A stretch of DNA of 61,906 bases, the filler included, from Nemertoderma westbladi (taxonomy: Eukaryota > Animalia > Xenacoelomorpha), in the NCBI GenBank assembly GCA_032718475.1. It is 4 parts of 4 records of this genome, joined end to end, with 100 filler letters (N's around TTAATTAATTAA, not from the genome) between each part and the next. Parts side by side here need not be neighbours in the genome. Positions count along the whole stretch, not along the records: positions 22,142 to 38,512 come from JAUCBJ010002669.1; positions 38,613 to 56,869 come from JAUCBJ010003941.1; 2 more parts are not named here. One strand, given 5' to 3'. A program made the position numbers and the translations under genes. The notes beneath the pieces are model-generated. The model did no database searches. It was not told the DNA's origin and was given only the letters and a program-made list of their open reading frames with translations. Positions 33,833-45,617 of this stretch are shown here, piece after piece (positions within the stretch are counted from its first letter, which is position 1; each line of letters opens with the position of its first letter).

Positions 33833-35488
33833 ATGAGCCAGTCGGGAGAGACAACGCCGACGCGGACCCCGGACGAAGAATTAACGATCCGCGAGGCCGC
33901 AACCAGGCGGTACAGGCCCACAACGCCGGACCCATCGGTAACGGGTCATCCGGCAGTCCAGGATGAGGGGGGCCGCCTGGAACCCGAGGTCGAGCCAAGA
34001 GAAGGAGAGAGCGAGACGGAGGGAGACGGAGACGAGTCGACACGAGACGTGGGTCGACGTACCGGTGTCGCCGGCCAGCCACAGGCCGAGGGCGACGAGC
34101 GGCCCACCGAAACGGCGACGGTGGGGCCGACGGTACGACGCCGGACCCGAAGAGACGGAGGAGATGTCGGTACCGATGTCGCCGGCCAGCCACAGGCCGA
34201 GAGCGACGAGCGGCCCACCGAAACGGCGACGGTGGGGCCGACGGTACGACGCCGGACCCGGAGAGACGGACGAGAGGTCGGCGACGAGGACGTCGGGGTT
34301 TCTGATCGACTTCGACGGGCCTACAACGCGACCCGGAGACTATTAAAGGAGGCCAGAGGAGGGGCGACGATGGACAAGGTAAAACTAAAGAGAAGACTAG
34401 GTGAGTCGAATAGACACTTTTATTATCTAATGCGCTTCGGGCAAAGAGGACTGGCCGAGGAGAGAGCGAGAGGGGTTGCCGAGGAACTGTATGACTTATG
34501 GCGGTATAGGGGTATAGAACCTAGCGTAGTGTACGTAGGGCCGTACTTAGTCGATGCCCGGGGAGTAAAATTAGTGGGTTGGGAGAGACCTGAGGAGGAC
34601 GAATCCGAGGTTAACCCCGAGGATTCAGCCTCGTCGGTCGGAGGAAGTTCCGGGAGGCGGGGGAAGGTTAGTAGGACGGGGAGGCGGAGGGAATCCGTTA
34701 CAACCGATAAGTCTGCTACATCCTCCGTGAAAGAAAGACGGGTGAGAGAGATAAATGCCGCGTACCGTCTCAATTTAATAGAGCAAGGTCAAAGGGAAGT
34801 AGGTAGACGGTTAGAGGAGGGGAGAGTGCTGCTAGAGAGGGAAATGGCGTTGATTAAGGAAACCGGAGAGAGGGCCGAAAGGGCCGCGAGAAGCCTTAGG
34901 GAGTGTGAGGAAGTAGGGAGGAAGGAACAAGAAGAGCGCGAGGCGAGAGAGAAAATTGAGCGCAAAGAGCGTGAGGCGGAACGTAGGGAGCGCGAGGCGA
35001 GGGAGAAAACTGAGCGCAAAGAGCGTGAGGCGGAACGTAGGGAACGCGAGGTGAGAGAGAAAAATGAGCGCGAAGAGCGTGAGGCGGAACGTAGGGAACG
35101 TGAGGCGAAAGAGGAAAACGAGTGCAGAGAGCGCGAGGAGAGGAAGGAAAACGAACGCAGAGAGCGTGAGGCGAGACGAAGGGAGGGGGCTAGAAGAGAG
35201 TTGGAATTGGCCGAACGGGACGCACGGGAGTGTAAGGAGAGAATGGCAAGGAAGGAGTGTGAGCAAAAGGAACTAGAGAAACGTCAAGGTGAGCTTACAG
35301 GGTACAAAGCTGTACATACGCGCGAACGGGAATTGGCGCGAGTAGGGGCGTCTGAGAGTGGGGCTAGCTCGAGTATTTTCGAGGAGCCAGGGGCCGTGGA
35401 TACATTTATTAATACCCCACTTACAGGGACCGCACGACAGACCCAAGACTGGTGTGACCGTACGGGCGGGGGGGGGGGGGGGGGGTAA
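33833..35488 (+). CDS. Retroelement ORF1, 551 aa, E/R/K-rich coiled coil
   Basis: Intact ORF homologous to 27870-28907; 111-bp internal duplication; ends G18-TAA. Confidence 0.8.
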   Translation: MSQSGETTPTRTPDEELTIREAATRRYRPTTPDPSVTGHPAVQDEGGRLEPEVEPREGESETEGDGDESTRDVGRRTGVAGQPQAEGDERPTETATVGPTVRRRTRRDGGDVGTDVAGQPQAESDERPTETATVGPTVRRRTRRDGREVGDEDVGVSDRLRRAYNATRRLLKEARGGATMDKVKLKRRLGESNRHFYYLMRFGQRGLAEERARGVAEELYDLWRYRGIEPSVVYVGPYLVDARGVKLVGWERPEEDESEVNPEDSASSVGGSSGRRGKVSRTGRRRESVTTDKSATSSVKERRVREINAAYRLNLIEQGQREVGRRLEEGRVLLEREMALIKETGERAERAARSLRECEEVGRKEQEEREAREKIERKEREAERREREAREKTERKEREAERREREVREKNEREEREAERREREAKEENECREREERKENERREREARRREGARRELELAERDARECKERMARKECEQKELEKRQGELTGYKAVHTRERELARVGASESGASSSIFEEPGAVDTFINTPLTGTARQTQDWCDRTGGGGGGG

Positions 35489-36360
35489 TAATAATGCTAT
35501 AGTAGACGTCGTTAATATTAATAGTACCGTATGGGATAACTCTAACCAAACCTTTATTGCAGCAAATAATGCTTTACCTAGTAGCAGTAATTTAAATTTA
35601 AGTACAAATAATAATTTCAATTTGAACGTGCAAAATAATTCAAATAATTTAAATAATGATCCAAGCCCGAATTTACAAAATAATTCAAATGATTTTGTTT
35701 CAAACGAACAAATTAATTCCGTTTCCAATATGGGTGCTATTAACATGAACACGTCGGGCGTGTATGGCCAGGCAGACGGGGGCCTGGTAGGCCGTACAAT
35801 TGGTAGGTCGGAAGTGGCGGGATTGAGCCAACCCAGAGAGGGCCTGGTAGGCCACGTAGTTGGTAGGCAGGAAGTGGCTGGGTTGGACAGACCCAGCGAG
35901 GGCCTGGTAGGCCACGTAGTTGGTAGGCAGGGAGTAGAGGGCCTGGTAGGCCACGCAATAGCAGAGGGGGAGGCGGGGGTGAATAGACCCGACCGCGGTA
36001 GGGTTGATGTGTCGACTAGAGAGGGATATAGTAGCGGGGTGAGGGATAGCGAAGTTAGATGTGGCGAGTGGGGGGGGGGGGGGGGGGCTACAGGGGCCCC
36101 ACAACAGCGAGTTAGCGGCGAAAGGGGGGGGGGCAGGGAGTGCTCCACAGCCGTCAGCGGATAATGCGCGGGCCGAAATAGGTAAACCGCAACACCCGGC
36201 GACGGAGAGTAATAGGGGGATTGCGAGTATCCCCAGCGGCGTGCGACCGAGCAGAGAGAGACAGGTTGACGTCGTGAGAGGGCGGACGAAGCGTCGAGCC
36301 CGATCAGAAGAGGGAAGAAGAACAGTGGGGTTTAACCGGGAGGTCGACGAGAGATCTCAT
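35470..36360 (+). CDS. Frameshifted continuation of ORF1 (Asn-rich tract, GLVGH repeats)
   Basis: ORF 35358-36164 homologous to 26861-27769; homology ends at 36360. Confidence 0.55.
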
Positions 36361-36417
36361 AATCTCATAATCTAGGGCGAGAACTGGGATGGACGGTGGG
36401 ATCAGGGGTGGTCGGGG

Positions 36418-37110
36418 TTGCAAGCGATGCCCATACCAGCGGGCGCCGAAGGCGACCAACCGTCAAGGAAGTTAAGGGAGTTAGAGGGATGGAGAGCCAC
36501 GGGTGAGAGCCAAGGCGGGAAGGGACATAGTGGATCCATCGGGATACCGGGGTTGGAGCCACTGCCAGAGGAGGAGGAGGACGACGACGAGTTCGGAGAG
36601 ATGCCGGCCATCGAGAAGATAGGCCACTCGGACACGGACTGGGTTGGCGGAAGGGTGGTGACGGCCAGTGGGGCGAGGGCCTTCTGGAACAGATCCGGCA
36701 AGCGGACCTGGGTGCACGAGGAGCCGGCGATGGATTTCGCGGGGAGCACTATCAGGTTGGGCGAGCAACCGGGGACGGCACCACGGATAGTATTCGGGGA
36801 GACGATGCCCGAGAGGGGCGGAGAGATCGACGTAGACAGAGATACCAACGTGGAGAAGTTCGCCTACCAGCGACTCCACAGACCGCGGAGATCGCTTGGG
36901 ACGAAAGACGACGTGGGGCGGGAGACATTGGTGCTCGGCTGCGACTACTGTGGGAGACAGACCCACCAGGAAAGGAGCTGCCTGTACCGGTTCCAAAAGG
37001 GAACCTTTTGTCTCTACTGCCGAGAACCAAGCCACAGGATGGTACAGGACGTGGTATGCCTGGAAGGCGCCGCGTGGGACATACGAACTATTAAGTACAA
37101 ATCTAATTAA
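36418..37110 (+). CDS. Gag-like ORF with two CCHC-type zinc knuckles
   Basis: CDYCGRQTHQERSC and CLYCREPSH..(C); first ATG at 36427. Confidence 0.65.
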   Translation: MQAMPIPAGAEGDQPSRKLRELEGWRATGESQGGKGHSGSIGIPGLEPLPEEEEDDDEFGEMPAIEKIGHSDTDWVGGRVVTASGARAFWNRSGKRTWVHEEPAMDFAGSTIRLGEQPGTAPRIVFGETMPERGGEIDVDRDTNVEKFAYQRLHRPRRSLGTKDDVGRETLVLGCDYCGRQTHQERSCLYRFQKGTFCLYCREPSHRMVQDVVCLEGAAWDIRTIKYKSN

Positions 37111-37725
37111 TGCAAATAATCATATAAGTGCAATTTGTATGTACGTACGTAGTAATTAGTAATCTACAAATATACGTTCGGAGTAAGTACTATAGTCATA
37201 CAACCTTTCTCAATTAGCTACTGGGACTGGGGGGATAACTGACTATGGCACTATGGACGAGACACCAGACAATTTCACACTTCTTGAGTGCGACGGCACA
37301 AGAGGGGGGGGAGATTCGTCAGAAGGGATGAAGCAGTCGAAGTGGGGTTGAGGAACGGAGCAATAGTGCGAAGTGCGGAGAGAGTGCGGACGCGATTCTA
37401 GTGTGTGGGGGGGGGGGGGAATAAGAGGCTAAGTGAGGGACGAGGAGGTCCGAGGGTATGAGAGAGTTAGGGTGAGAGTGGAGAAGAGATGGGGCGAAAG
37501 TGTTGGGGAAACAAAAGTCGCGTGAGAGGTGAGCGCGATCGGCCCGACATGAGACGCCAGGCATACAAGGGTAGCGTTATCATACCCATAGGGAGCGGCC
37601 TGGAAAGCCGGCTCCGAGAGAAAAGAATTCCACCCCACACCCGATACTAGATCGGGATCCAGCGGGATTGTAGCGCACTTAAGGTGGATGCTATCTTCTC
37701 ACCAGGAAGATAGCATGGGGGGGAG

Positions 37726-38272
37726 TGTTAGCTTATTCAATCCCGCTAACACCCCATAAAGTTAAGCCGATAAGCAATATTGGGGGCCACGAGATTGAGT
37801 AATCAATCACCCGTGCCACCCCAACAAAATGGGAAGGAGAAACACAATGAGGGTCAGGGGCCAAACCCCTAACCCAGAGAGAACAGGTGGAGTGAACGGA
37901 AACACTCCAAAGGGCGCCAACAAGGGTATCAACCAATCAGAGGGGGGAAAGGCATCGGTTAGGTAGAGTAACAAGGCCAACCGTGCAATATAGCCACTTG
38001 GCAGTAATCATATCAGTTCAGTTATCTCAGTGAAATATTGGTGCTACTTTAGGTTAGTTAGTTTAGCTAGGGAAGGACCGGGACTTTAATTATCGTATCC
38101 CGCCTTCTGTATACGACAACATTATTCATATACCTATATCTATATACCCTATATCTATATCAGTTATTATATACGACGAACGACACGAACTCCTAATACC
38201 TTTCATACACACGGCGGGGACGCGTAAACTAAACAACCGGATAAACCGGGATCCTTCCTGGATCCCGTCACA
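37726..38272 (+). repeat. 3' LTR
   Basis: Direct repeat of 33204-33750. Confidence 0.95.
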
Positions 38273-38512
38273 AAAACTAGCTAGTAGCTTCAACAAATAT
38301 TACTAGCTGTGCATGTATTTTGATGGAGGGATCTATCGTGATGTTCCAGAACTTTATTTTACTGTTACCATGGTTACCGTTTTAGAGAAAATAGGTTGTA
38401 AGAAATAATGTCAGTTGTGACAAATTTTGCTCAATGAAATCGCTTAATTTTGAGTGTATTTTTAGTATGTCCTGTGACCCCCCTATTTATTTATATTTCT
38501 AGCACTGGTAAC

Positions 38513-38612
38513 NNNNNNNNNNNNNNNNNNNNNNNNNNNNNNNNNNNNNNNNNNNNTTAATTAATTAANNNNNNNNNNNNNNNNNNNNNNNNNNNNNNNN
38601 NNNNNNNNNNNN
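38513..38612. other. Artificial contig spacer
   Basis: N-run with central TTAATTAATTAA. Confidence 0.98.
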
Positions 38613-38971
38613 TAGCCGAACTCTTTTAGCCAAGATTGAAAGCGACACTTGGCAAATTGTGAAGGGGGGGGGGGGGGGAGGGGGGTGGGGGGGGGGGTGC
38701 AGATGCTCGTGCACTTAAGTAAATTAGTACCTAATGTGGCTCACTATATGAACTGAAGTTATATACCCATTATACCCACCCCACAAACTTCACATTAGGT
38801 GTCCAGTTAAGTATTAAGGATTCGTACTTGCTAAGTATTAAACTACTGTAGTCCATGGTACCAAGTGTATGTATAAGACACTATTCGAGATGCAATAATT
38901 CCTGATTAGAGTGATATGAACTACAATAACCCAGTCAATTAATAGTATAGGTATTATAACTGTTTATATTT

Positions 38972-39637
38972 ATATACACCATGACCCGTAATATAGTGTC
39001 ATTTTCTGATGACACAGACACCCCCCCCCCCCCAAATTTTTCTACACATCTTTATCATATTGCTTGAAATTTGAAACACAACTAGTTCAACTCATCGTGG
39101 TTGTTACCATGAAGCCGGAATTTTCGATTTCGCCTTTAAATTTTTTTTATAAGCGTTTTAAAAAAGTGTCTTTTGCGAAATTGCACATCTCCTATCATCG
39201 TCATTCTTCACATTAACCTCGCTTTACACCATGTCCTGGAATATAGTGTCGTTATTCAGGTACCTCCCCCCCCCCAAATTTTTTTACAAATCTTAATAAG
39301 ATTGCATGAAATTTGAAACAGAGATAGTTTCACCTCCCTCCCCTTTGCTGGGTGAGCCAGAATTTTTATTTTCGCTTTCATTCTTTAGCTACAAGCGTTT
39401 GAAAAAGGTGTCTCCTTCGATATTGCACCAGTTACACCGCAGTTATTCTTCACACATTTGGTGATTTATTGGTACTAGTGGAAAGCTGACCGTGCAAGGA
39501 TTCCAAATATGTAAACATATTTGAATTTGGTTGGGAAATAGCTGAGTTATTGGCATTCGAATTTTGCATGTATTAGCTTCCGCTGCAGGCCATTTATTCT
39601 ATTAATAAACACACAGAATAAAGAATTGTAGAATTTT

Positions 39638-39668
<31 letters not shown>

Positions 39669-39718
39669 GTCCGTGTCATCAGAAAATAACACTATATTAC
39701 GGGTCATGGTGTATATAT
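38972..39718. mobile_element. MITE with ~50-bp TIRs
   Basis: ATATACACCATGACCCGTAATATAGTG..TTTTCTGATGACAC inverted at 39670-39718; same family as 53300-55055. Confidence 0.75.
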
Positions 39719-40980
39719 GTACTTAGCTAATTACTGTAGTTTCATAACCTATAGTATACATACAGCAAATAAATAAATAATTCATTAAAATAGGTCACCA
39801 TTCCGGATTGGGCCTATCAAAACTCCCAACACAACAGAGTAAAACTTCACCTTTTTTGCCAAATCTTATGCACCAAATCATACAGCCTATATAGTACCGT
39901 AGGCCTAGGCCTATACAGACCCCCATTTTGATGATCCAGTCTATCCCAAACATGCGAAAGCCCATATATTAATTATAAAAAATAAAAAATAATAATTTTA
40001 TCCAATTGCGAATTGATACCACCGATAGTTTATAATAGATATGCTTGTCAAATCGTCGAAATCATCGAATTGTCAGAACATCAATAATATTCTATAACAA
40101 CTATAAGTAACAGACGTAAGAAAACGCAACGCAAAATTATTTCAATTAAAATTAATATCTGGTTTGATTTCCAAAGGTTGAAAATGTTGTGTTAATAATT
40201 AATAGACATAGACAGTTCACGTTCATCGGTTCATCACACTTGCACCTACTGTACAACGACTGCGTTTATAATAACTATTTACATCATTGTGTGAAAAGTA
40301 ACACTTTTCAGCGTTATAACCCCTGTGTATTTATGTACCGAGCGAGGGAGGTTTACATAAATAAACAAGGGCCAGTAACGTGACCTTTTCATACAATGAT
40401 GTATGTAATTTTGTTACATTATTTCATAAGCGCTCTGAATGTTTAATTATTCACTTTCATATTGGAATGTTTCGGAATATACGCAAATATTTAGGGAAAG
40501 GAGCAGGTTACATTGGTACCTTATTTTAACCAAAACAATAAAGTAAACACAATAGAACAGGTTACAGTTGTATTTTTGAGAGTAATCAGCTGTTATTTGC
40601 GTCCAATTTCCCCTGGAGAGGGATGAATTTTTATTGCGTCCAGTCCCCCCCCCCTCCCCCTCTGTCATGTTGAATACCATATACTGCACATTTGTTTGTT
40701 GCCGCCTTAACTGTTTCCTTATACCTTATATTTTATTTTAATGCTATCCTTAGTGCTTGTTTTAAATGATTTAACGTGGAGCACGGGGTTTTTAAATGGG
40801 GCACGGGCCTTACTTGTGCAGTATGTAGCGTTTCGAAGATATCACCAGAGCGCTGATTATTTGATAAAATTTAACAAAAATTATACCTAAACTGTTAGCT
40901 GGTAAGTTTAAAGTAAATGTAGCCTCAACCACCATACATGCTATCCTATAGGTACCAATCCAACACAGTTACTGATAATG

Positions 40981-42168
40981 TTAGGAAGTCCAAAGTTTAG
41001 AGATAATGATCACATGGGTTAAGTGAAGAGACATACTACTCAATGTTGTAGACGGGTAAGTGTTCCAGCATAACTCCATAACGACCAATAAGAGTACGCG
41101 GGTGGCGTTGCTAAGACTCGTGGCCCATAGCAACGTGGGTAGAGAATGGTAGTACCAGGTATAGAACTGGTAGTGGAGAGACCGGCTGAATGCTATTCCT
41201 ATGAGATTGCAAGCAAACAGTCCGACGCACACGGTGGAAGCAACCCTTCGCTCCCGCTTATAGAAATCGCGTCTCCATCGAAACCAGCCGAAAATTGCTA
41301 AAGTTATTATAAGCAGGATTAGGAGCAAAACATGGAATCTTTTATCGTGGAAAAACCAAGTTGGTAGAAATCTCCAGTTCACTGTCCATTTGTAAAGGAA
41401 ACGTCGACTTATATCGAAGCTACCGGCGATATAGGCAACGGGATTGGATAGAAGGAACGGCAGAGACAATATCAGTTGAACCAATCCGCAGATAGTAAGG
41501 TACTGGAATGAACCCATGAATCCGAATTGGCCAATCAGCAATAGGTACAGCGCAGGGGAGAACAATAAGATATTCATCTTGACCCCCACCGCCAGGCTAT
41601 AAGTAAAACAAGCAATGCGCCATCTACCGTCCAGTATGAGAACTATAGCGGCGTACAGGAAGAGCATGGCGACCCCGTCGTTGAATAGTCGCAGTAGATA
41701 GATGGAGTGAATGCGGTAACCGAGCAACACGCAGATCGCTAGGATACTGTGGGGCACAATACGAGTCCGTTGGTTGATACGCATAACGATAGCGACGGTA
41801 GTTAGGTAGATGGTCAGGAATATGTATTGGGCGCGTCGTATGTCTGTACCTTTAGACGTGAGTGCGTGGAGTATTGAGTAGATGTAAAGGTGGCCGGCGG
41901 GGTAGACTAAAGGGCCTGTTGGACCGCTGATCTTACTATAGTCTGTGGTGCCGTTTAGGAAGTGTCTGCATTGAACCATGTAGGTAGACCAGTCGATCTC
42001 TGTGTAACGGACGCAGTTTATAATCGCTACGCCGAGCAATAATTCTATCGCAAGCACAGCTCGGGTAACGTTCGAGTCGATAGCTGCCCAGCTGATTGTA
42101 TTGTTTGCTAATCTGCGAGTGAGTTTGAAAAGTAGCTCGATAAACATCCCGTACGATTGTAGTTTCAT
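40981..42168 (-). CDS. ALG3: Dol-P-Man:Man5GlcNAc2-PP-Dol alpha-1,3-mannosyltransferase, single exon
   Basis: YTEIDWSTYM, GPTGPLVYPAGH, RIHSIYLLRLFND, VKMNILL, YKWTVNWRF, FSRSLHYQFYTWY, ELCWNTYPST. Confidence 0.95.
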   Translation of the reverse strand: MKLQSYGMFIELLFKLTRRLANNTISWAAIDSNVTRAVLAIELLLGVAIINCVRYTEIDWSTYMVQCRHFLNGTTDYSKISGPTGPLVYPAGHLYIYSILHALTSKGTDIRRAQYIFLTIYLTTVAIVMRINQRTRIVPHSILAICVLLGYRIHSIYLLRLFNDGVAMLFLYAAIVLILDGRWRIACFTYSLAVGVKMNILLFSPALYLLLIGQFGFMGSFQYLTICGLVQLILSLPFLLSNPVAYIAGSFDISRRFLYKWTVNWRFLPTWFFHDKRFHVLLLILLIITLAIFGWFRWRRDFYKRERRVASTVCVGLFACNLIGIAFSRSLHYQFYTWYYHSLPTLLWATSLSNATRVLLLVVMELCWNTYPSTTLSSMSLHLTHVIIISKLWTS

Positions 42169-42315
42169 GACGAGTTTCAAATAAAACCATCTACAATAAC
42201 TAAATGTACCCGCCGCGCTGCCGTAAATCAATAACTGTTACTTGAAATACAATATTATAATATTATTAGGTTAGAAAACTTTATAACGTAATGTAGTAGG
42301 TGTTGGATGGAAGTA

Positions 42316-42729
42316 CTGGGTTGCCACTCATATGGAAAAACTGGAAAACCTAGAATATATTCCAGGTTTTCCAGACTATATTCCCTGACAAGGGAATTAA
42401 ATTTTTCTTGAAATGTCAGGGAATTAATCAGGATATCTGTCACAAGCGAAAATGTGTAAAAATTGTCTCTGCTCGCTTCGTTCGCAATAACATTTCCTGA
42501 CATCACTAATATAGGTGAACTCTAATCGCTTCTTGTCAGTAATTGGTCTGTTGTGGAGGTTTCCCGCTACTTATATCTATGCAACTTGTTTGGAATATAA
42601 TCAAACGGTCAGGAATAAAGAGGCCAATAAATATAATAACACATTTTATAAAAATGTAGTGTACCCGCAGTCAAGGGAATTTGTTCAAAAAGTCAGGGAA
42701 AATTGAAACTGATTTGAGTGGCAACCCTG
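42316..42729. mobile_element. hAT-like MITE
   Basis: CTGGGTTGCCACTCA ... TGAGTGGCAACCCTG TIRs, internal GTCAGGGAA repeats. Confidence 0.75.
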
Positions 42730-43286
42730 TTAGTAGGTAAATGTTCGATTATCTCAGCTATCAAATTTCATTTGCGGTTTTTATTACTAAACAGGACGGA
42801 GGTTTAGCAATATTAGTTTGCGAGAGAAAACTAAATTATATGACATTATTATACGACTAAAGTCATTGAATTTTGGTACTTTTGCTTTTCTATTTGATAT
42901 TGAGACGTTATTGCAGGTGACCGGATCGAATACAAAATAATTACCACCTGTACAGAAAGTAATAAAATAAAGGTAAATAAAACATCAAAATCAATATTCA
43001 AATAATAGGACGGGTTAGACTTGCGATGTTATTTGAGATAAAGTCTAGGGTAATAAATATCCAGTGTAACATCGAGAGAATGCGATTAAAGGATAAAACC
43101 TCGGATTCCAACTCACTTGAATGGTAGCGAACCTGTGTAGAACCAATGTTTCGATGTTCAGTTTATAATAAAGGTTTATAAGACTCTCGTAATGGATTAG
43201 TTTGTATATTTTGGAACCGGTTTCAATGTAGTTACGGCTCGATATCTGTACCAGGAGAGCACAATGTGTGTCTGATTGGCCAAAGT

Positions 43287-44252
43287 CTATCTGGGTTCCT
43301 CTCTGTAATCCACATCGCCCGTGGGATGCCTCACCGGGGAGGGACTCCGCCCCTTCCGAGGGGGCGTGCCCTCGCTCCAACCCCCGAACATAGGGGGGAC
43401 CCCCGCGTGCGGGGGCATGTAGGTCGCCGAGTAGGCGGCGGGAGGGGCGTACATGTCGGGGGGCATGGCGTAGCCGTGGGGGTACATGGGCATGAGAGGG
43501 GGTCCCTGATGGGGTTGGTAGACGGGGGGTTGGAAGCTCTGCGTTGTGTTCGAGGGGTAGTAGGTTGGGCCGGGTTGTTCCGTCTCTCGTCGACGGCCGG
43601 ACACAGTCTCAATCCCGCTGGGCCGAGTCGGAATCAACTCCGACGGGCCTTTAATCGTCTTGACGACTCCGTCTTCTACTTTTATTATCTTCATTGGGAC
43701 GCTGGATTGGAACTGTTGGCCGTCGTAAGGTCGCGGTCGCGCGTAGGTCGGGACAGTCGGACGGTCGTACGGCCGGTTTAAATCGACGCTCACGTTGTTA
43801 AACAGTCGGAGTTTCCGTTGGCGGTCGCAATACAGAGTGAAGGTGTGCTCCGTGAAGCCGTAGTTAAAGTAATCGGATATGTCGGCGCCGGGTCGAAGCC
43901 AGGGTTTCTCCGAGAGTCCGTCGATGTCGACGTCCAGTACCGGGGTCCCGTTGATGTCGCCGGGCGCGTTGATATCCACCCCGCGGGTGGGCGGCGGGGC
44001 TGCGCGTGCTGCCGGGGCCGCTGTAGGAGTCGGTGGTTGCGGCCGAGGTACCTGTTTACTCGGCGCGGTATACCCCGGAGTTTGGGGCTCCATCTTACCG
44101 ATCGTTACTTTTATGTCGTCATCGTCCTCGTCGCTTTCTTCTTCCTCTTTAACGACGGTTGTTGCTATGGGAACTGTGGCGGTTGTATCGGGGCGCTCGT
44201 CTACATCGAATACTTCTGGGATGTCTAGATCGGGCTGCTTGGTCTGCGCCAT
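43287..44252 (-). CDS. FIP1L1: Pre-mRNA 3'-end processing factor FIP1-like, single exon (start uncertain)
   Basis: DDDDIKVTIG and the Fip1 motif EKPWLRPGADISDYFNYGFTE.T...YC.RQ; Pro-rich C-terminus. Confidence 0.9.
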   Translation of the reverse strand: MAQTKQPDLDIPEVFDVDERPDTTATVPIATTVVKEEEESDEDDDDIKVTIGKMEPQTPGYTAPSKQVPRPQPPTPTAAPAARAAPPPTRGVDINAPGDINGTPVLDVDIDGLSEKPWLRPGADISDYFNYGFTEHTFTLYCDRQRKLRLFNNVSVDLNRPYDRPTVPTYARPRPYDGQQFQSSVPMKIIKVEDGVVKTIKGPSELIPTRPSGIETVSGRRRETEQPGPTYYPSNTTQSFQPPVYQPHQGPPLMPMYPHGYAMPPDMYAPPAAYSATYMPPHAGVPPMFGGWSEGTPPRKGRSPSPVRHPTGDVDYREEPR

Positions 44253-45233
44253 TCTCAGATGATTTAGGTCTAATTCTCGTACTGTCCTATGGCTCCTTTT
44301 GCTTTTCACTGACACTAATCAGACGTTCAGCCGAGACTGTCAAACATGGAATACTTAACTGCTTACTGTCTTATCAAACAGAGACAGGGCGGAGACTTTT
44401 GGTAGATCAGGACAGTTGACCGTTCCGGTACTGCGGTAGGTTCAGAGTACAGATAGACTACTGGACGGACTAACGGACTAAAGACTGACAGAGGTACTAC
44501 TTCACTGCACACTGCGTCATGCATTCATGCGAGGCACGGCCCGGAGGTCGGTAAGTTTTGGGTTTGGAACACAGCCTGACAGCGACAACGCGAAAGCAGA
44601 TGATGTCACAGTCATACTCATACTATCATATAAGTTTTACTGTCATATACCGAAAGTTTTGTTTAACTACACCACATGCTACAGTTGAGTCCTACAGTAT
44701 GTACAGACTAAAACTTTTACCCGTCCCGCACCCGCACTAACTACTAAAAAGTTATGCCATGCAATTCTGAATACTACAACAGTGTACTGCTGCGAAGTTT
44801 TATGTGACCGCTGACATTAAGGTACAATATTGAACTGTAAAACATATGAAAGAAAAATGTTCTACATTTTTTCCCCAAAGGCTAATACGTATAATTTTAT
44901 GGTGCTTTTTTTGTTGCTTAGGCCTTAGACCTTTCACTGGCAGACTGGGTCCCTAGTTTTTGTCTAAAGCTGAACCAGGGAAAAACATGATGGATGTATG
45001 TAGTATGTTTGTATATTTAACCTGTAAATGGCTTGAAAACACTTGCATGTATTATAAAATTGTAAACGCAACTATATATCAATTGTTATCTAGTTATTGA
45101 ACAAAAAAGTTAGGAACGATTTTATGTGGGATATTCGAAATATTTGCATATTATCAACATTATGGAACGCGAAATTAAATACCCACATCTACACTTTGAT
45201 CTCCCTTACATAAACCCAATGTAAAACCAGTAA

Positions 45234-45333
45234 ACTAGAATCACAACAGCTGAACTGTTCAGCTGTTGTGATTCTAGTCTACTCAATTGACAATTAGTGA
45301 CATGAACAACATGTCACTAATTGTCAATTGAGT
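45234..45333. repeat. Two adjacent perfect palindromes
   Basis: 22-bp arms with 1-nt spacer (45234-45278) and 24-bp arms with 5-nt spacer (45281-45333). Confidence 0.95.
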
Positions 45334-45617
45334 TACGTACATTAACTATGTCGTTAATTATTGTTCTATCTGTATTATTTCAGTTAGTGTAATGTCAAGC
45401 TGTACAACATTTATATATTGTATCTGCAGAGCCTATTGTCATTTTTACTGTATATACATACTGTAGTTAATATGCAAATATGTAAATTATGCTGTCATCA
45501 ACTCAGGCTAAGCCTTAGGTTTTGTATACCAGGGACGTTTACAACAGCTGTCGATTAAACCAACATAATCAGAAAACTGAACCAGGGTGCCAACCGGGTA
45601 CCAACAGCTGTTGGGTA

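Larger units (their letters stand above)
33204..38272 (+). mobile_element. Complete non-autonomous (pol-less) LTR retroelement, 5069 bp
   Basis: Two 547-bp LTRs, 5-bp TSD AAAAC (33199-33203, 38273-38277), PPT GGGGGGGAG before the right LTR, no RT or integrase motifs. Confidence 0.95.

Noticed and set aside
35273-36148. Long antisense ORFs over the retroelements and over FIP1
   Set aside because: Expected shadows of GC-rich or low-complexity coding sequence; no domains.
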